A stretch of 64,000 bases of DNA from Alphaproteobacteria bacterium (GTDB lineage Bacteria > Pseudomonadota > Alphaproteobacteria > JAAXGF01). Every line of letters begins with the position of its first letter. The first letter of the stretch is position 1. The stretch covers positions 416,001-480,000 of the forward strand of contig CAUVXB020000002.1 in the NCBI GenBank assembly GCA_963555825.3. Reading direction: 5' to 3'. Of the stretch, positions 43,678-55,818 are shown piece by piece. Below the pieces are notes generated by a model, which saw only the letters and a list, made by a program, of their open reading frames with translations, ran no database searches and had not been told where the DNA came from. A program made the position numbers and the translations under genes.

Positions 43678-46600
43678 ATGACGAAGCTAAAGGACCTCGA
43701 GACGCTCTACAGGAAACGAGCGATCACCCGCCGCGACTTCATGGAAGGCGCCCTCGCCCTCGGTGTTTCGGTCACGACGGCGACCCAGCTGATGTCCAAA
43801 GCCGAGGCGGCGACGCCGAAGAAGGGCGGCACCTTCCGCCTTGGTCTCGTCGACCCGGCGACGTCGGACACGCTGGATCCCGCCACCTACATCTCGAACC
43901 ACACGCAGATCGGCATGAACTTCGGCGTCTTGAACAACCTGACCGAAGTCGCGACAAACGGCGAACTGATCCCCGAACTCGCGGAGAGTTTCGACGCCTC
44001 GGATGACGCCGCGACCTGGGTGTTCAAACTGCGCAAGGGCGTCGAATTCCACAACGGCAAATCGTTCGAGGCCGAGGACGTCATCGCTTCGGTCAATCAC
44101 CACCGCGGCGAAGACTCCAAGTCCGCCGCCAAGCCGCTGCTCTCGGAACTGGTCAACGTGCGCGCCGACGACAAGCACACGGTCGTCTTCGAACTGGCGG
44201 GCGGCAACGCCGACTTTCCGTTCATCATGAATGACTATCACATTCCGATCATGCCGGCGAAGGACGGCAAGCTCGATTGGCAGGACGGTACCGGGACCGG
44301 CGGCTACATCCTGACCGGCTTCGATCCCGGGGTCAGGATGACGATGAAGCGCAACCCCAACTACTGGAACGAGGGCCGCGCGCACTTCGACGAATGCGTT
44401 CTATTGGCGGTTGCCGACGTGGCGGCCAGACAGAACGCACTCATAACCGGCGACATCGACGCGATGAACCGTGTCGATCGCAAGACCGCGAAACTGCTGG
44501 CCAAGCGCCCCGGGATCACCGTCGAGGAAGTCACCGGAACGCAGCACTACACGATCCCGATGAACACCACGGTGGCGCCGTTCGACAACAACGACGTGCG
44601 ACTGGCTCTGAAGCTGGCGATCGATCGCGAAGCGTTGGTTAGCAGCCCGTTGACGAAGTCTTCCCTGGACGAAGTCGGCATGGTCTGATTCTCTGGTGTC
44701 CTGGCCTGAAGGGGGGTTCGCTGATGGCGATGGGACAGCAGAAGGATCGTCAGGGGGACTTGATGGTGAGCTGGTCGGAGATGCCGCGCTCGCCAGGTCA
44801 TGTATTTTACGACCGCCTGCAGTTGGTACTGATCGAGGGCGGCTTCGACGGCTTCGCCGAGGCGGTCTGCCAGCCCTATTACGCGGCCAGGATGGGGGCG
44901 CCTTCGGTGCCACCCGGGCGCTACTTCCGTATGCACCTGGTGGGCTACTTCGAGGGTATCGACTCTGAGCGTGGGCTGGAGTGGCGGTGCTCGGATTCCC
45001 TGTCGCTACGGGAGTTCCTGCTGTTGGAGAGGCGGGAACGGGTGCCGGACCATTCCTGGCTGTCACGGACCCGCGCGCGCCTGCCCCATGAAGTCCACAC
45101 GGCGGTGTTTGACTGGGTCCTGGCGCTGATCGCCGAGGCGGGTCTGGTGAAGGGCGAGCGCATCGGGGTGGATGCCTCGACCATGGAGGCCAACGCGGCG
45201 CTGCGCAACATCGTGCGGAGGGACACGGGCGAGGGTTACCGGGGGATGCTGGAGCGCTTGGCCCAGGAGAGCGGTATCGAGACACCCACGGCTGAGGACC
45301 TGGCGCGTCTGGACCGCAAGCGCAAGGGCAAGAAGCTCTCGAACCAGGACTGGGTTTCCAGGAGCGACCCCGAGGCCAAGATCGCCAAGATGAAGGACGG
45401 CACCACGCACCTGGCCTACAAGCCCGAGCACGCGGTGGATCTGGACACCGGCGCGGTGGTGGCGGCGGAGCTGCACCCGGCCGACGAGGGCGATACGACA
45501 ACGCTTCCCAAGACCCTGGCGGCGGCCGAGGCAAACCTCGAGGCGGTGGATGTGGCGCCGACGGCCGAAGATCCGGCCGAATGTGTGACCGATAAGGGCT
45601 ACCACTCACGGTTGGTCTTGAAGGCGCTCGACGACGGCCCCTGGAAGAGCCGGATCTCCGAGCCCAAGCAGAAGGGTTTTGCGCGCTGGCACGGAGATGA
45701 TGCGGCTCGCCGGGCGGTCACCAACAACCGGACCCGGCTGTTATCGGGGGTGGCCAGGGAAGCCTTCAAGCTGCGCGCCGAGATCGTCGAGCGCTCCTTT
45801 GCCCACAACCTCGATCGCGGCGGTATGCGCCGGACCTGGCTTCGGGGCCGCGAGAACGTGCACAAGCGATACCTGCTTCACGTCGCCGGCCACAACCTAT
45901 CGTTGCTGATGCGCCAACTCATCGGCGCCGGCACCCCGAAGGAGGCCGTGGCGGGCGGAATTGGCGCCTTGTTCGTGCTTGTTACGCCCGCTGGAGCCGT
46001 CCTGGTCGTTCAGATCGTCCTCATCGTCTCGGAGGATGGCGAAACCGCCTTCGCCGCGATATGCTTCGCCGTGGCGTGAAACCCGGTCAATGACGCCTTT
46101 TTCAACGGGCTGTTAGGACCATACTTCGCGGCCACGGTCTGGTCGCCAACGACCATCCAATCGCACCGCCGAACCGGTACTACGCGGGCGATCTCGAGCA
46201 ACGTGCCTACGATCCGGACAAGGCCAAGTGGCATCTGAAAGAGTCCGGCATGGATTCACTCAAGGTGAAGCTATCGGCCGCCAATACGGCCTTCGAAGGC
46301 GCCATCGACACCGCCGTCCTCTACAAAGAACACGCCGCCAAGGCGGGCATCGATATCGAAGTCGTGCGCGAGCCCAACGATGGCTACTGGAGCAGTGTCT
46401 GGATGAAGAAGCCGTGGTCGATGAGCTATTGGGGCGGGCGCCCCACCGAGGACTGGATGTTCTCGATCGGCTACGCGGCGGGCGGCCCATGGAACGAGTC
46501 CTTCTGGGGCAACGACCGCTTCATGGAGCTGCTGCTCGCCGCCCGCGCCGAACTCAACGACGACAAGCGGCGGGCCATGTACTACGAGATGCAGTAGCTC

Positions 46601-46744
46601 GTTCGCGATGACGGCGGGTCGGTCATTCCGATGTACGCCAACTACATCGACGCCCGCTCCGACAAGGTTGCGCACGCGCCCGAGGTGGCGTCGAATTGGG
46701 AACTCGACGGCTGGAAGCTTCTCGAGCGTTGGTGGTTTGCCTGA
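43678..46744 (+). pseudogene. Family-5 peptide/opine ABC substrate-binding protein (Tat signal), disrupted
   Basis: RRDFM twin-arginine motif; KLRKGVEFHNG; rejoins ALV|RTILRGHG across the IS at 44643-46116; internal TAG at 46595-46597; ends ERWWFA* at 46744. Confidence 0.88.
44643..46112 (+). mobile_element. IS1182-like element, transposase 44724-46079
   Basis: IRs CAGCCCGTTGA / TCAACGGGCTG; 4-bp TSD TTAG; motifs PDHS, VDASTMEANA, DPEA, DKGYH, VERSFA. Confidence 0.9.
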
Positions 46745-46829
46745 TCCGGTCGTCCCGCTCGTGAAGGGGGCGGACCCGTTGGTCACCGCATTGCGGTCGC
46801 CCGGGGCGCGCATGTAGGCGGGCCGGAAC

Positions 46830-47632
46830 ATGACGGAAGCGTCGGAACATCGGCCGGCGCCGCGCGACGGCGGCGGCCGTCGCGCGGCGGTCGTCGAGTT
46901 GCCGGATTGCGCGCTCGCCTACCTGCAGGAGGGCGCGGGGCCGGATATTGTCTGGATTCCCGGGGCGTCGGGCGAACCGTATCGAAGGTCGTGCCACCGT
47001 GGCCGATCTCCGTTCATGCCGCGGACTGTGCCGCGCTAATCCGCCAAGTCTGTGATCCGCCGGTCATCTTGACGGGCCTCTCCATGGGCTCGTTGATCGT
47101 CCAGGAGATGGCCGTCACCTATCCCGAGTTGGTGAGAATCGCCATCCCCATGGGGACCAGCGGGCGCAAGAGCGGCTTCTTCCGCGAATGGGAGGAGGCC
47201 GAGATCGCCTTCGCCGCGGCCGGCCATAGCTTGCCCGCGGATTTTTCTGTCGCACACTATGCGGCGCTTACCTATCCATCAGAGGTGCTCGGTGACGATG
47301 CCCTGTGGCGGCGGTGCAAGCCCTACGTATCCGGCGCCTATGAGTCGAGGGACCCGAAAATGCTCGCCGCACAATGGCAAGCCTGCGTCGAATACGATGC
47401 CCTCGATCGCTTGCCACACTGCGAGGTCCCGATCCACGTCGTGGCATTCTCGCAGGACCTGCAAACGCCGCCATCGCGCGGCCGGGTCGTGGCCGAGGCC
47501 GCCAAGCACGGCAATTTCCATCTGCTCGAAGGCCTCGGTCACTTCTCTCTCTTCGGTCACAAGCCGGATGTGGTCAATGCCTGCATACGTGGGATCATCG
47601 ACAGCTACGATCGTGGCTCTTCGGGAAACTGA
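46830..47632 (+). pseudogene. Alpha/beta hydrolase with internal deletion/frameshift near 46965
   Basis: N-part LAYLQEGAGPDIVWIPG in one frame; GVGRT...GLSMG...QD...GLGH in another. Confidence 0.75.
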
Positions 47633-47637
47633 ATCTG

Positions 47638-47734
47638 ACTTCCGCTTCGGATCAGACTCGGACGTTCGGGACGGCTGCCTGTTGCGTTTGCTCCTGGGGG
47701 TAAAGCAAACGAATTGCGGCGAAAGGCGGACGTT
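47638..47734. repeat. Paired 28-29 bp imperfect palindromes, related to those at 38280-38341/42133-42145
   Basis: ACTTCCG-N14-CGGACGT, GCGTTTG-N15-CAAACGA, plus a half-site GCGGACGTT. Confidence 0.55.
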
Positions 47735-47776
47735 CGGGGCGCCGGTCGCGGCCGCTTGCGGACCGGGACGCTACGC

Positions 47777-48109
47777 CTAAACCGCCTTCTCGAACCAGCG
47801 TTCGCCGGCTTCGCCGTGCTCGTCGATCGAGTGCTTGTAGCGTTCGACCTGGTCGGGCGTCGATGGCGTCTGGTGCGCCGCCTTCCAGTCGCCGTAGGGC
47901 ATGCCGTAGACGATCTCGCGCGCCGCGTCGTAGCCGAGCCTGACGCCGCGTTCGGCGGCCGCCGCGTCGTACCATTTCGCCAGGCAGTTGCGGCAGAAGC
48001 CGGCGAGCGTCATGAGGTCGATGTTCTGCACGTCGGAGCGTTCGCGGAAATGGTGCACCAAGCGGCGGAACGCCGCGGCCTCGACCTCTGTGCGCGTCTT
48101 TTCGTCCAT
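47777..48109 (-). CDS. DUF1244-family protein
   Basis: EAAAFRRLV.H..ERSDVQNIDLM.LAGFCRNCL..WY...AREIVYGMPY..WKA.HQ. Confidence 0.88.
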   Translation of the reverse strand: MDEKTRTEVEAAAFRRLVHHFRERSDVQNIDLMTLAGFCRNCLAKWYDAAAAERGVRLGYDAAREIVYGMPYGDWKAAHQTPSTPDQVERYKHSIDEHGEAGERWFEKAV

Positions 48110-48147
48110 GGCAATTCCTCGATTGCGGTGTCGGGCGTCAGTTTACC

Positions 48148-49293
48148 TCAGCCGGTGTCGAGGCCGTTAACGGTATCGACGATCAAGTGGTCGACCACCG
48201 CGCGCAGCGCCTCTTGCGCGTCGGCGCCGGCATCGCGCGCGGCGCGAAAGACGTCGAGCTGGCGGTCGGCGCTGGTGCCGCGCGCGGCGATCTCGCGGGC
48301 GTGCTCGAGCTCGGCGACGCAGTCGAGCCGCTCGGCGTCCTCGCGCACCAGGTCGATCAACTCGTCGACCAGGCCGGCGAAATCGACCAGTTCGCCCTTG
48401 CCGAAATCGACCAGCGAGCCCTCGACGCCGTAGCGCTGGGCGCGCCAACGGTTCTCGTCGACCAGAATTCGCGGATAGATGCGCCAGCGCTGGTTGTTGC
48501 AGCGCAGGCGGTAGAGCATGCTGAGTATGCATTGCGTCATCGCCGCAACGGTGACCGCGTCGTCGAGACGCGTGCAGACGTCGGCGATGCGCATCTCGAG
48601 CGTCGGATAGCGCGCGCTCGGGCGCATGTCCCACCACAGCTTGGTGGCGTCCTCGATCAGCCCGGCGGCGACCATCTGGCCGACCATCCGCTCGTACTCG
48701 GCGTAGCTCTCGTAACGGTCGGGCAGGCCGGTCCGCGGCAGGGCGTCGAACACGGTCAAGCGGTACGACTTCAGCCCGGTGTCCTCACCGCCCCAGAACG
48801 GCGACGAGGTCGAGAGCGTCAGGAGATGCGGCAGAAAATAGACCATCTGGTTCAGCAAGTCGATGCGCAGGTCGTCGTCGGCGATACCGACGTGGACGTG
48901 CATGCCGCAGATGAGCAGGCGCCGCGCGACGCCCTGCAGGTCACGCGCAATGACCTCGTAGCGCTCCTTCGCGACGTGCTGCTGGTCCTGCCAGCGGGCG
49001 AACGGGTGCGTCGAGGCGGCGATCGGCGCCAGACCGTGATGCGCCGCGGCCTGGGCGACCATGGCGCGCAAGTGAGCGAGATCCGCGCGCGCTTCGCGCA
49101 CGGTCTCGAACGGTCGCGTGCCGACTTCGACCTGGGCGCGCATCAGCTCGGGGCTGACCTGACCCTCGAGCAGCGTCTCGCATTCGGCCATCAGCGAGGC
49201 TGGCGGATCGGACGCCAAGTCGCCGGTCTCGCGGTCGACGAGCAGATACTCCTCCTCGATGCCAACGGTGAAGGCCGGCGCCTCGATCGCCAT
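48148..49293 (-). CDS. YbdK-family carboxylate-amine ligase (glutamate-cysteine ligase 2)
   Basis: [53 protein letters not shown]. Confidence 0.93.
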   Translation of the reverse strand: MAIEAPAFTVGIEEEYLLVDRETGDLASDPPASLMAECETLLEGQVSPELMRAQVEVGTRPFETVREARADLAHLRAMVAQAAAHHGLAPIAASTHPFARWQDQQHVAKERYEVIARDLQGVARRLLICGMHVHVGIADDDLRIDLLNQMVYFLPHLLTLSTSSPFWGGEDTGLKSYRLTVFDALPRTGLPDRYESYAEYERMVGQMVAAGLIEDATKLWWDMRPSARYPTLEMRIADVCTRLDDAVTVAAMTQCILSMLYRLRCNNQRWRIYPRILVDENRWRAQRYGVEGSLVDFGKGELVDFAGLVDELIDLVREDAERLDCVAELEHAREIAARGTSADRQLDVFRAARDAGADAQEALRAVVDHLIVDTVNGLDTG

Positions 49294-49294
49294 G

Positions 49295-50116
49295 TCACCC
49301 CTCGGCGGCGCGGTAGATGGCGGGGTCGGCGAGTGGCACGGCGAACGCCGCCGCCATGATGTTGGCCCAGGCCTCGGCGCCGTGATGCGTGTCGATCAGG
49401 TCCTGGCGGATATCAATGGTGACATGCGGCCGATCGGCCGGCAGCGCGTGCGCGGGGATCGAATAGGGCATCGGCGCGCGGCCCGAGTAGGGCTCGTTGT
49501 CGCCGACCGAGATCGACGGGTCGGCGGCCAGCGCCGCGATGACCGGCAGCGGCATGCGGCCGTCGGCGATCCACAGAACACCGACATGCCAGGGCCGCTC
49601 GTAGCCGTCCATCACCGGGGTGAAGCTGTGCATCGAGATCACCGCGGCGGGGCCGCCGTGGTGCGCCTCGACGCGCGCGATCGTCTCGTCGACGGCCTCG
49701 TGGTAGGGCGTGAAGCAGGCCGCCTGGCGCGCCGCCCTTTCGGCCTCGCCGAGCGCCTGATTGCCCGGCACCGCGACGCCGTCGCTGACGCGCGGAATCG
49801 AGCCGGCCTCATCGAGCAGCCGGTTGCAGTCGATCACCAGCCGCGAATAGCCGGCCAGCACGGCGGGCGCGTCGAGCAGCGCGGCCAGCCGCCGTGTGAC
49901 GTCGGCGGCGCCGATGTCCCAGCCGATGTGCCGCCTGATGACGGCGCCATCGAGGCCGAGGCCATCGAGCGCCGCCGGCACTTGGCAGCTCGCGTGATCG
50001 CAGAACAGGACGACGCGCGCCCGGCCGTCCGCGTTGACGATCTCGAAGGGCGGCGGATCGTCGGCGCCGAGCAGCGGCGCGCGCGGCGTTTCGAGCTGGA
50101 CGACGTCGGCGGTCAT
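49295..50116 (-). CDS. N-formylglutamate amidohydrolase family
   Basis: [43 protein letters not shown]. Confidence 0.9.
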   Translation of the reverse strand: MTADVVQLETPRAPLLGADDPPPFEIVNADGRARVVLFCDHASCQVPAALDGLGLDGAVIRRHIGWDIGAADVTRRLAALLDAPAVLAGYSRLVIDCNRLLDEAGSIPRVSDGVAVPGNQALGEAERAARQAACFTPYHEAVDETIARVEAHHGGPAAVISMHSFTPVMDGYERPWHVGVLWIADGRMPLPVIAALAADPSISVGDNEPYSGRAPMPYSIPAHALPADRPHVTIDIRQDLIDTHHGAEAWANIMAAAFAVPLADPAIYRAAEG

Positions 50117-50215
50117 GGCCGCCACTATAGCGCAAACGGCGGTCAGCGCGAGGCGTTCGAAGCGCCGATCGGCACGGCTTGTACGCCGCCCGCGCCGCCC
50201 CTACAATCCGCCCGC

Positions 50216-51481
50216 ATGTCCAGCCCGACGACCACCCCCCGCGCGCTTCTGCGCGCCTTGTTCGACACCGCCGTCGCGGCCGTCGACCCGGCGCATTGCG
50301 TGCCGCCCGGCCTGCCCGAGCCGCCCGCCGGGCGCACCGTCGTGGTCGGCGCCGGCAAGGCGGCGGCGGCGATGGCGCGCGCGGTCGAGGATCATTGGTC
50401 CGGGCCGCTCTCCGGCCTCGTCGTCACGCGCTACGGCCACGCCGTCGCGACCGAAGCGATCGAGGTGGTCGAGGCCGCCCACCCGGTGCCTGACGCCGCC
50501 AGCCGCGCCGCCGCCGGGCGCATCCTGGACGCGGTGCGGGACCTTGGCGCCGACGACCTCGCGCTGTGTCTGATCTCGGGCGGCGGCTCGGCGCTGCTGG
50601 CGCTGCCGGCCGAGGGCGTCGCGCTCGCCGACAAGCAGGCGCTCAACCGCGCGCTTTTGCGCGCCGGCGTGACGATCGGCGAGATCAACTGCGTGCGCAA
50701 GCACCTTTCCGGCATCAAGGGCGGCCGGCTGGCCGCCGCCGCGGCGCCGGCGCGCGTCGTCGCATTGCTGATCTCGGACGTGCCGGGCGACGACCCGTCG
50801 GTCATCGCCTCGGGCCCGACGGTGGCCGATCCGTCATGCTTCGCCGACGCCCTCGCGGTGCTCGACCGATACGCCATCGAGACGCCGCTGCGCGGCTTTC
50901 TCGAGGCGGCCGATGACGAGACGCCCAAACCGGGCGACCCCCGTTTGGCGCGCGCCGAGACCCGGCTGATCGCGCGCCCCTCCGACGCGCTCGACGCCGC
51001 CGTGGCCGCCGCGCGGGCCGCCGGTTACACGCCGCACGTCCTGGGCGACAGCCTCGAGGGCGAAGCGCGCGAGGCCGCCACCAAGCACGCCGAACTCGCC
51101 CGCCAGGCAGTCGCCCGCGGCCGAACGGCCGCGATCATCTCGGGCGGCGAATTTACCGTGACCATCAAGGGCGCCGGGCGCGGCGGGCCGAACGCCGAAT
51201 ACGCGCTGGCGCTGGCGCTCGCGCTCGATGGTCTGGCGGGCGTCCACGCCATCGCCTGCGACACCGACGGCATCGACGGCAGCGAGGACAATGCCGGCGC
51301 CGTGATCGGCCCCGAGACGCTGACGCGCGCCGCCGCGCTCGGCGTCGACGCCGCGGCGCGGCTCGCCGACAACGACTCCTACGGTTTCTTCGCCGCGCTC
51401 GGCGACCTGGTCGTCTCGGGCCCGACGCTGACCAACGTCAACGACTTCCGCTGCATCCTGATATCCCCTGGCACGGCCTAG
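50216..51481 (+). CDS. Glycerate kinase type 2 (MOFRL, TtuD-like)
   Basis: VVGAGKAAAAMA, HPVPD, LISGGGSAL, SDVPGDD..IASGPT, DTDGIDG, TLTNVNDFR; start ATG 50216. Confidence 0.92.
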   Translation: MSSPTTTPRALLRALFDTAVAAVDPAHCVPPGLPEPPAGRTVVVGAGKAAAAMARAVEDHWSGPLSGLVVTRYGHAVATEAIEVVEAAHPVPDAASRAAAGRILDAVRDLGADDLALCLISGGGSALLALPAEGVALADKQALNRALLRAGVTIGEINCVRKHLSGIKGGRLAAAAAPARVVALLISDVPGDDPSVIASGPTVADPSCFADALAVLDRYAIETPLRGFLEAADDETPKPGDPRLARAETRLIARPSDALDAAVAAARAAGYTPHVLGDSLEGEAREAATKHAELARQAVARGRTAAIISGGEFTVTIKGAGRGGPNAEYALALALALDGLAGVHAIACDTDGIDGSEDNAGAVIGPETLTRAAALGVDAAARLADNDSYGFFAALGDLVVSGPTLTNVNDFRCILISPGTA

Positions 51482-51516
51482 GCCGGCGCGCTAAGCTGGC
51501 GCGGGGATAGGAAAAA

Positions 51517-52947
<1,431 letters not shown>

Positions 52948-53053
52948 CGGACGACGCGAGGATCGTCCGCGCCGATGCTCCGCCTGGCACCCGGTGTCGC
53001 CATCGCGCACAGCATTCACGAACTAAAGCGCGGCTGAGCTGCATAGAAGATTG

Positions 53054-53117
53054 AAAAGGTGTCAGACACCATTATAGTTACGTACAATTGATATGTTAAA
53101 AAGGAGTCTGACCCCTT
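53054..53117. repeat. REP-like pair of short palindromes in an AT-rich spacer between convergent genes
   Basis: AAAAGGTGTCAGACACC (53054-53070) and AAGGAGTCTGACCCCTT (53101-53117). Confidence 0.55.
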
Positions 53118-53159
53118 AATAAATATATTGCTGAGGGCCATCATCGGCCGAAAAAAGAG

Positions 53160-53714
53160 CTAAATCGCCTCGCCCTTGAGCTTTTCGCGCAGCAGCTCGA
53201 TGCGTCTCTCGATCATCGGCATGTTGGGATTGACCTCGAACGCGCGTTCGAACCATTGCAGCGCGCGCGCGTCGTCCTCGAGCGCGGTGTAGATCAGCCC
53301 CATGCCCAACAGCGCGCCGAAATGGCGCGGTTCGAGGCGCAGCGTCGCCTCGACGTCGCGCACCGACGCCGGATACTCCTCGATCAGGTAATAGAGCGTG
53401 GCGCGCTTGTTCCAGCCCTCGGCGAAGTCGGGCGCCGCCTCGATGATCGCGTCGAAGCTTTCGAGCGCGGTGTCGAACTGGCCGTTGCCCATGGCGGCGA
53501 TGCCGAGCGTCATCAGCTCATCGATCGTCGCGCTGCCCGATTCGGTCCAGATGCGCCAGATCGTGCCCTCGATGCGGCGCGACGCCGCGAGGTCGTCGGC
53601 GGCGAGCAGCTGCTCGAACAGGGCGTCGAGGCGGGGGTCGTCCTGGCGCGCCTCGGCCGGCGCACCGACGACAAACGCCCAAAGGACAACGATGACGAGA
53701 ATCCGGCGCATCAT
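53160..53714 (-). CDS. Secreted tetratricopeptide repeat protein
   Basis: Signal peptide; PDFAEGWNKRATLYY, L.LEPRHFGAL.G.GLI TPR pattern. Confidence 0.88.
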   Translation of the reverse strand: MMRRILVIVVLWAFVVGAPAEARQDDPRLDALFEQLLAADDLAASRRIEGTIWRIWTESGSATIDELMTLGIAAMGNGQFDTALESFDAIIEAAPDFAEGWNKRATLYYLIEEYPASVRDVEATLRLEPRHFGALLGMGLIYTALEDDARALQWFERAFEVNPNMPMIERRIELLREKLKGEAI

Positions 53715-53755
53715 GACGAAGGAATATAGCGCCCGATCCCGCCCCGGACCAGACC

Positions 53756-55063
53756 CTAGGGTATCAATTCTTCGGGACCCAGCGCTCGGGGCCGCGGACC
53801 GCCGGTCGCCCAGTCGACCAACTCGACCGGGTGGACGACCGGCATCCGCGCCGCGCCGGCGAGCTGGGTGATGCAGCCGATATTGCCGGCGGCGACGACC
53901 GAGGCGCCGGTCGCCTGGAGGTTGGCGACCTTGCGCTCGCGCAGGCCCTGGGCGAGCGCCGGCTGCATCAGGTTGTAGGTGCCCGCCGAGCCGCAGCAGA
54001 GATGGCCCTCGGCGACCTCGCGCAGATCGAAGCCGGCGGCCCGGAGCACCTGCCTGGGCTCGGCGGTGACGCGCTGGCCGTGCCGCAGCGAGCAGGCGTC
54101 GTGGTAGGCGACGACCGGCCGGGGCGCATCACTCGCCCGGGTTGCGATGTCGAGGCCGGCGAGTACCTCGCTGACGTCCTTGGCGAGCGCCGAGACAGCC
54201 GCGGCACGCTCGGCCCACGCCGCGTCGCCGCGCAGCATATGGCCATAGTCCTTGACCGTGGTGCCGCAGCCCGAGGCGTTGATGACGATGGCGTCGAGCC
54301 CGGCGCCGTCGATCTCGGCGCACCAGGCGGCGATGTTGGCCTTGGCGGCGTCGTGCGCTGCTTCGGTGCGGCCCATGTGGTGGACCAGCGCGCCGCAGCA
54401 GCCGATGCCTCGCGCCACCACCACCTCGCAGCCCAGGCGGGTCAGTACGCGCACCGTCGCCTCGTTGATCTCGGGCGCCAGCACCTGCTGGGCGCAGCCC
54501 GAGAGCAGCGCGACGCGTTTCCGCCGCGCGCCGGCCGCCGGGAAGACCTGCGGCGTATCGACGGGCGAGGCGCCCGGAATGCGCCCCGGCGCGAGCCCCG
54601 CCATGGCGCCGAGCCGGCCCGGCAGCAACCGTGCGAAGGGCTTGAGCACCAGCGCGCCGATCAGTGCGAAGCGGAACAGGCGAGGGCTCGGCAGCACCCG
54701 GGCGAACACGTCGCGCAGGCGCCGGTCGAGCCACGGCCGCCGGTAGGTCTTCTCGATATAGCCGCGCGCGTGATCGACGAGGTGCATGTAGTCGACGCCC
54801 GACGGGCAGGTCGTCACGCAGGCCAGGCAGGAGAGGCAGCGGTCGATATGTGTCACCACCTTCTTCGACGCCGGCCGGCCGTCCTCGAGCATGTCCTTGA
54901 TGAGATAAATACGCCCGCGCGGGCTGTCGAGCTCGTCGCCGAGCAGCACATAGGTCGGACAGGTCGCCGTGCAGAACCCGCAATGCACGCATTTGCGCAG
55001 GATTCCGTCGGCCTCCGCGATGTCCGGATCGGCGAGCTGGGCGAGCGAGAAGTTGGTCTGCAT
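53756..55063 (-). CDS. glcF: Glycolate oxidase iron-sulfur subunit
   Basis: MQTNF start, CVHCGFCTATCP, CLSCLACVTTCP, two CCG domains. Confidence 0.95.
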   Translation of the reverse strand: MQTNFSLAQLADPDIAEADGILRKCVHCGFCTATCPTYVLLGDELDSPRGRIYLIKDMLEDGRPASKKVVTHIDRCLSCLACVTTCPSGVDYMHLVDHARGYIEKTYRRPWLDRRLRDVFARVLPSPRLFRFALIGALVLKPFARLLPGRLGAMAGLAPGRIPGASPVDTPQVFPAAGARRKRVALLSGCAQQVLAPEINEATVRVLTRLGCEVVVARGIGCCGALVHHMGRTEAAHDAAKANIAAWCAEIDGAGLDAIVINASGCGTTVKDYGHMLRGDAAWAERAAAVSALAKDVSEVLAGLDIATRASDAPRPVVAYHDACSLRHGQRVTAEPRQVLRAAGFDLREVAEGHLCCGSAGTYNLMQPALAQGLRERKVANLQATGASVVAAGNIGCITQLAGAARMPVVHPVELVDWATGGPRPRALGPEELIP

Positions 55064-55081
55064 GGCTATTCAAGCCGATCG

Positions 55082-55801
55082 TCAGGCATCATCTGATATC
55101 GCTGCATCAGAGCCCTTCCTGTCAGCGGTTTCATCCACGACATCACGAAGTAGCCAACTCAGTTTCCCAATTGCCGAGTTATTGAAGTGCTCGAGAAGAT
55201 GACCATTGGGGTCGCATTCCTGCGCCTCATCCAATAGCCGTTGAAATTTGCTACAAAATCTTCCGAGAATTTCCGGCCAATCCATAAATCCTTTCAATGT
55301 TTGAATTGTCGTCACATGACTTCCCCGTACGAAATAATGTATCAGAAGTTTAAAAAACGCGTCCTTTTCTCCGCTCTTCAGTTTATCGAATGTGGATTCC
55401 ATTGCTGTTGAATTGGCTAGTCGACGACACAAATCGATAGCCATTGAATTTAACTCATCTATTGTAAGTTCCGCGACACGTAGAAATGTATCCCGCCTCG
55501 CATGCAGTTCGTTGGCCGAAATTGCTTGTGCCTGTCGTTCCGCTTGTTCCACAGAGCGCCTCAATTCCTCTGCTTGCTGCCTTAATACTCTGTTGTTTAG
55601 TCTCAATTCTTTGTTTTGTTGAAAATATCCGACTATGAGCCAGATAAAAAACAAGGGCGCGAACAGTCCCGCGAAAAAATCTCCAATCTCGTTCGGGAGC
55701 AATGAAAGAAAATTATCGAGACCAATGAAAGAGAAAAAATACCAGGCAGACAGGCATACCCAAATCGTGCTGAATCCGAATCCAAAAATGGCAAGGTTCA
55801 T
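55082..55801 (-). CDS. Low-GC hypothetical membrane protein (2 TM + coiled coil) inserted in the glc operon
   Basis: NEIGDFFAGLFAPLFFIWLIVGYFQQ.KELR..N..L..QAEEL; RBS GGAGGT; AT-rich codons. Confidence 0.8.
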   Translation of the reverse strand: MNLAIFGFGFSTIWVCLSAWYFFSFIGLDNFLSLLPNEIGDFFAGLFAPLFFIWLIVGYFQQNKELRLNNRVLRQQAEELRRSVEQAERQAQAISANELHARRDTFLRVAELTIDELNSMAIDLCRRLANSTAMESTFDKLKSGEKDAFFKLLIHYFVRGSHVTTIQTLKGFMDWPEILGRFCSKFQRLLDEAQECDPNGHLLEHFNNSAIGKLSWLLRDVVDETADRKGSDAAISDDA

Positions 55802-55818
55802 CGTTTACCTCCAACCAA

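Noticed and set aside
49259-50215. Apparent N-terminal extension making glycerate kinase 740 aa
   Set aside because: Antisense to the amidohydrolase gene; family similarity starts at ATG 50216.
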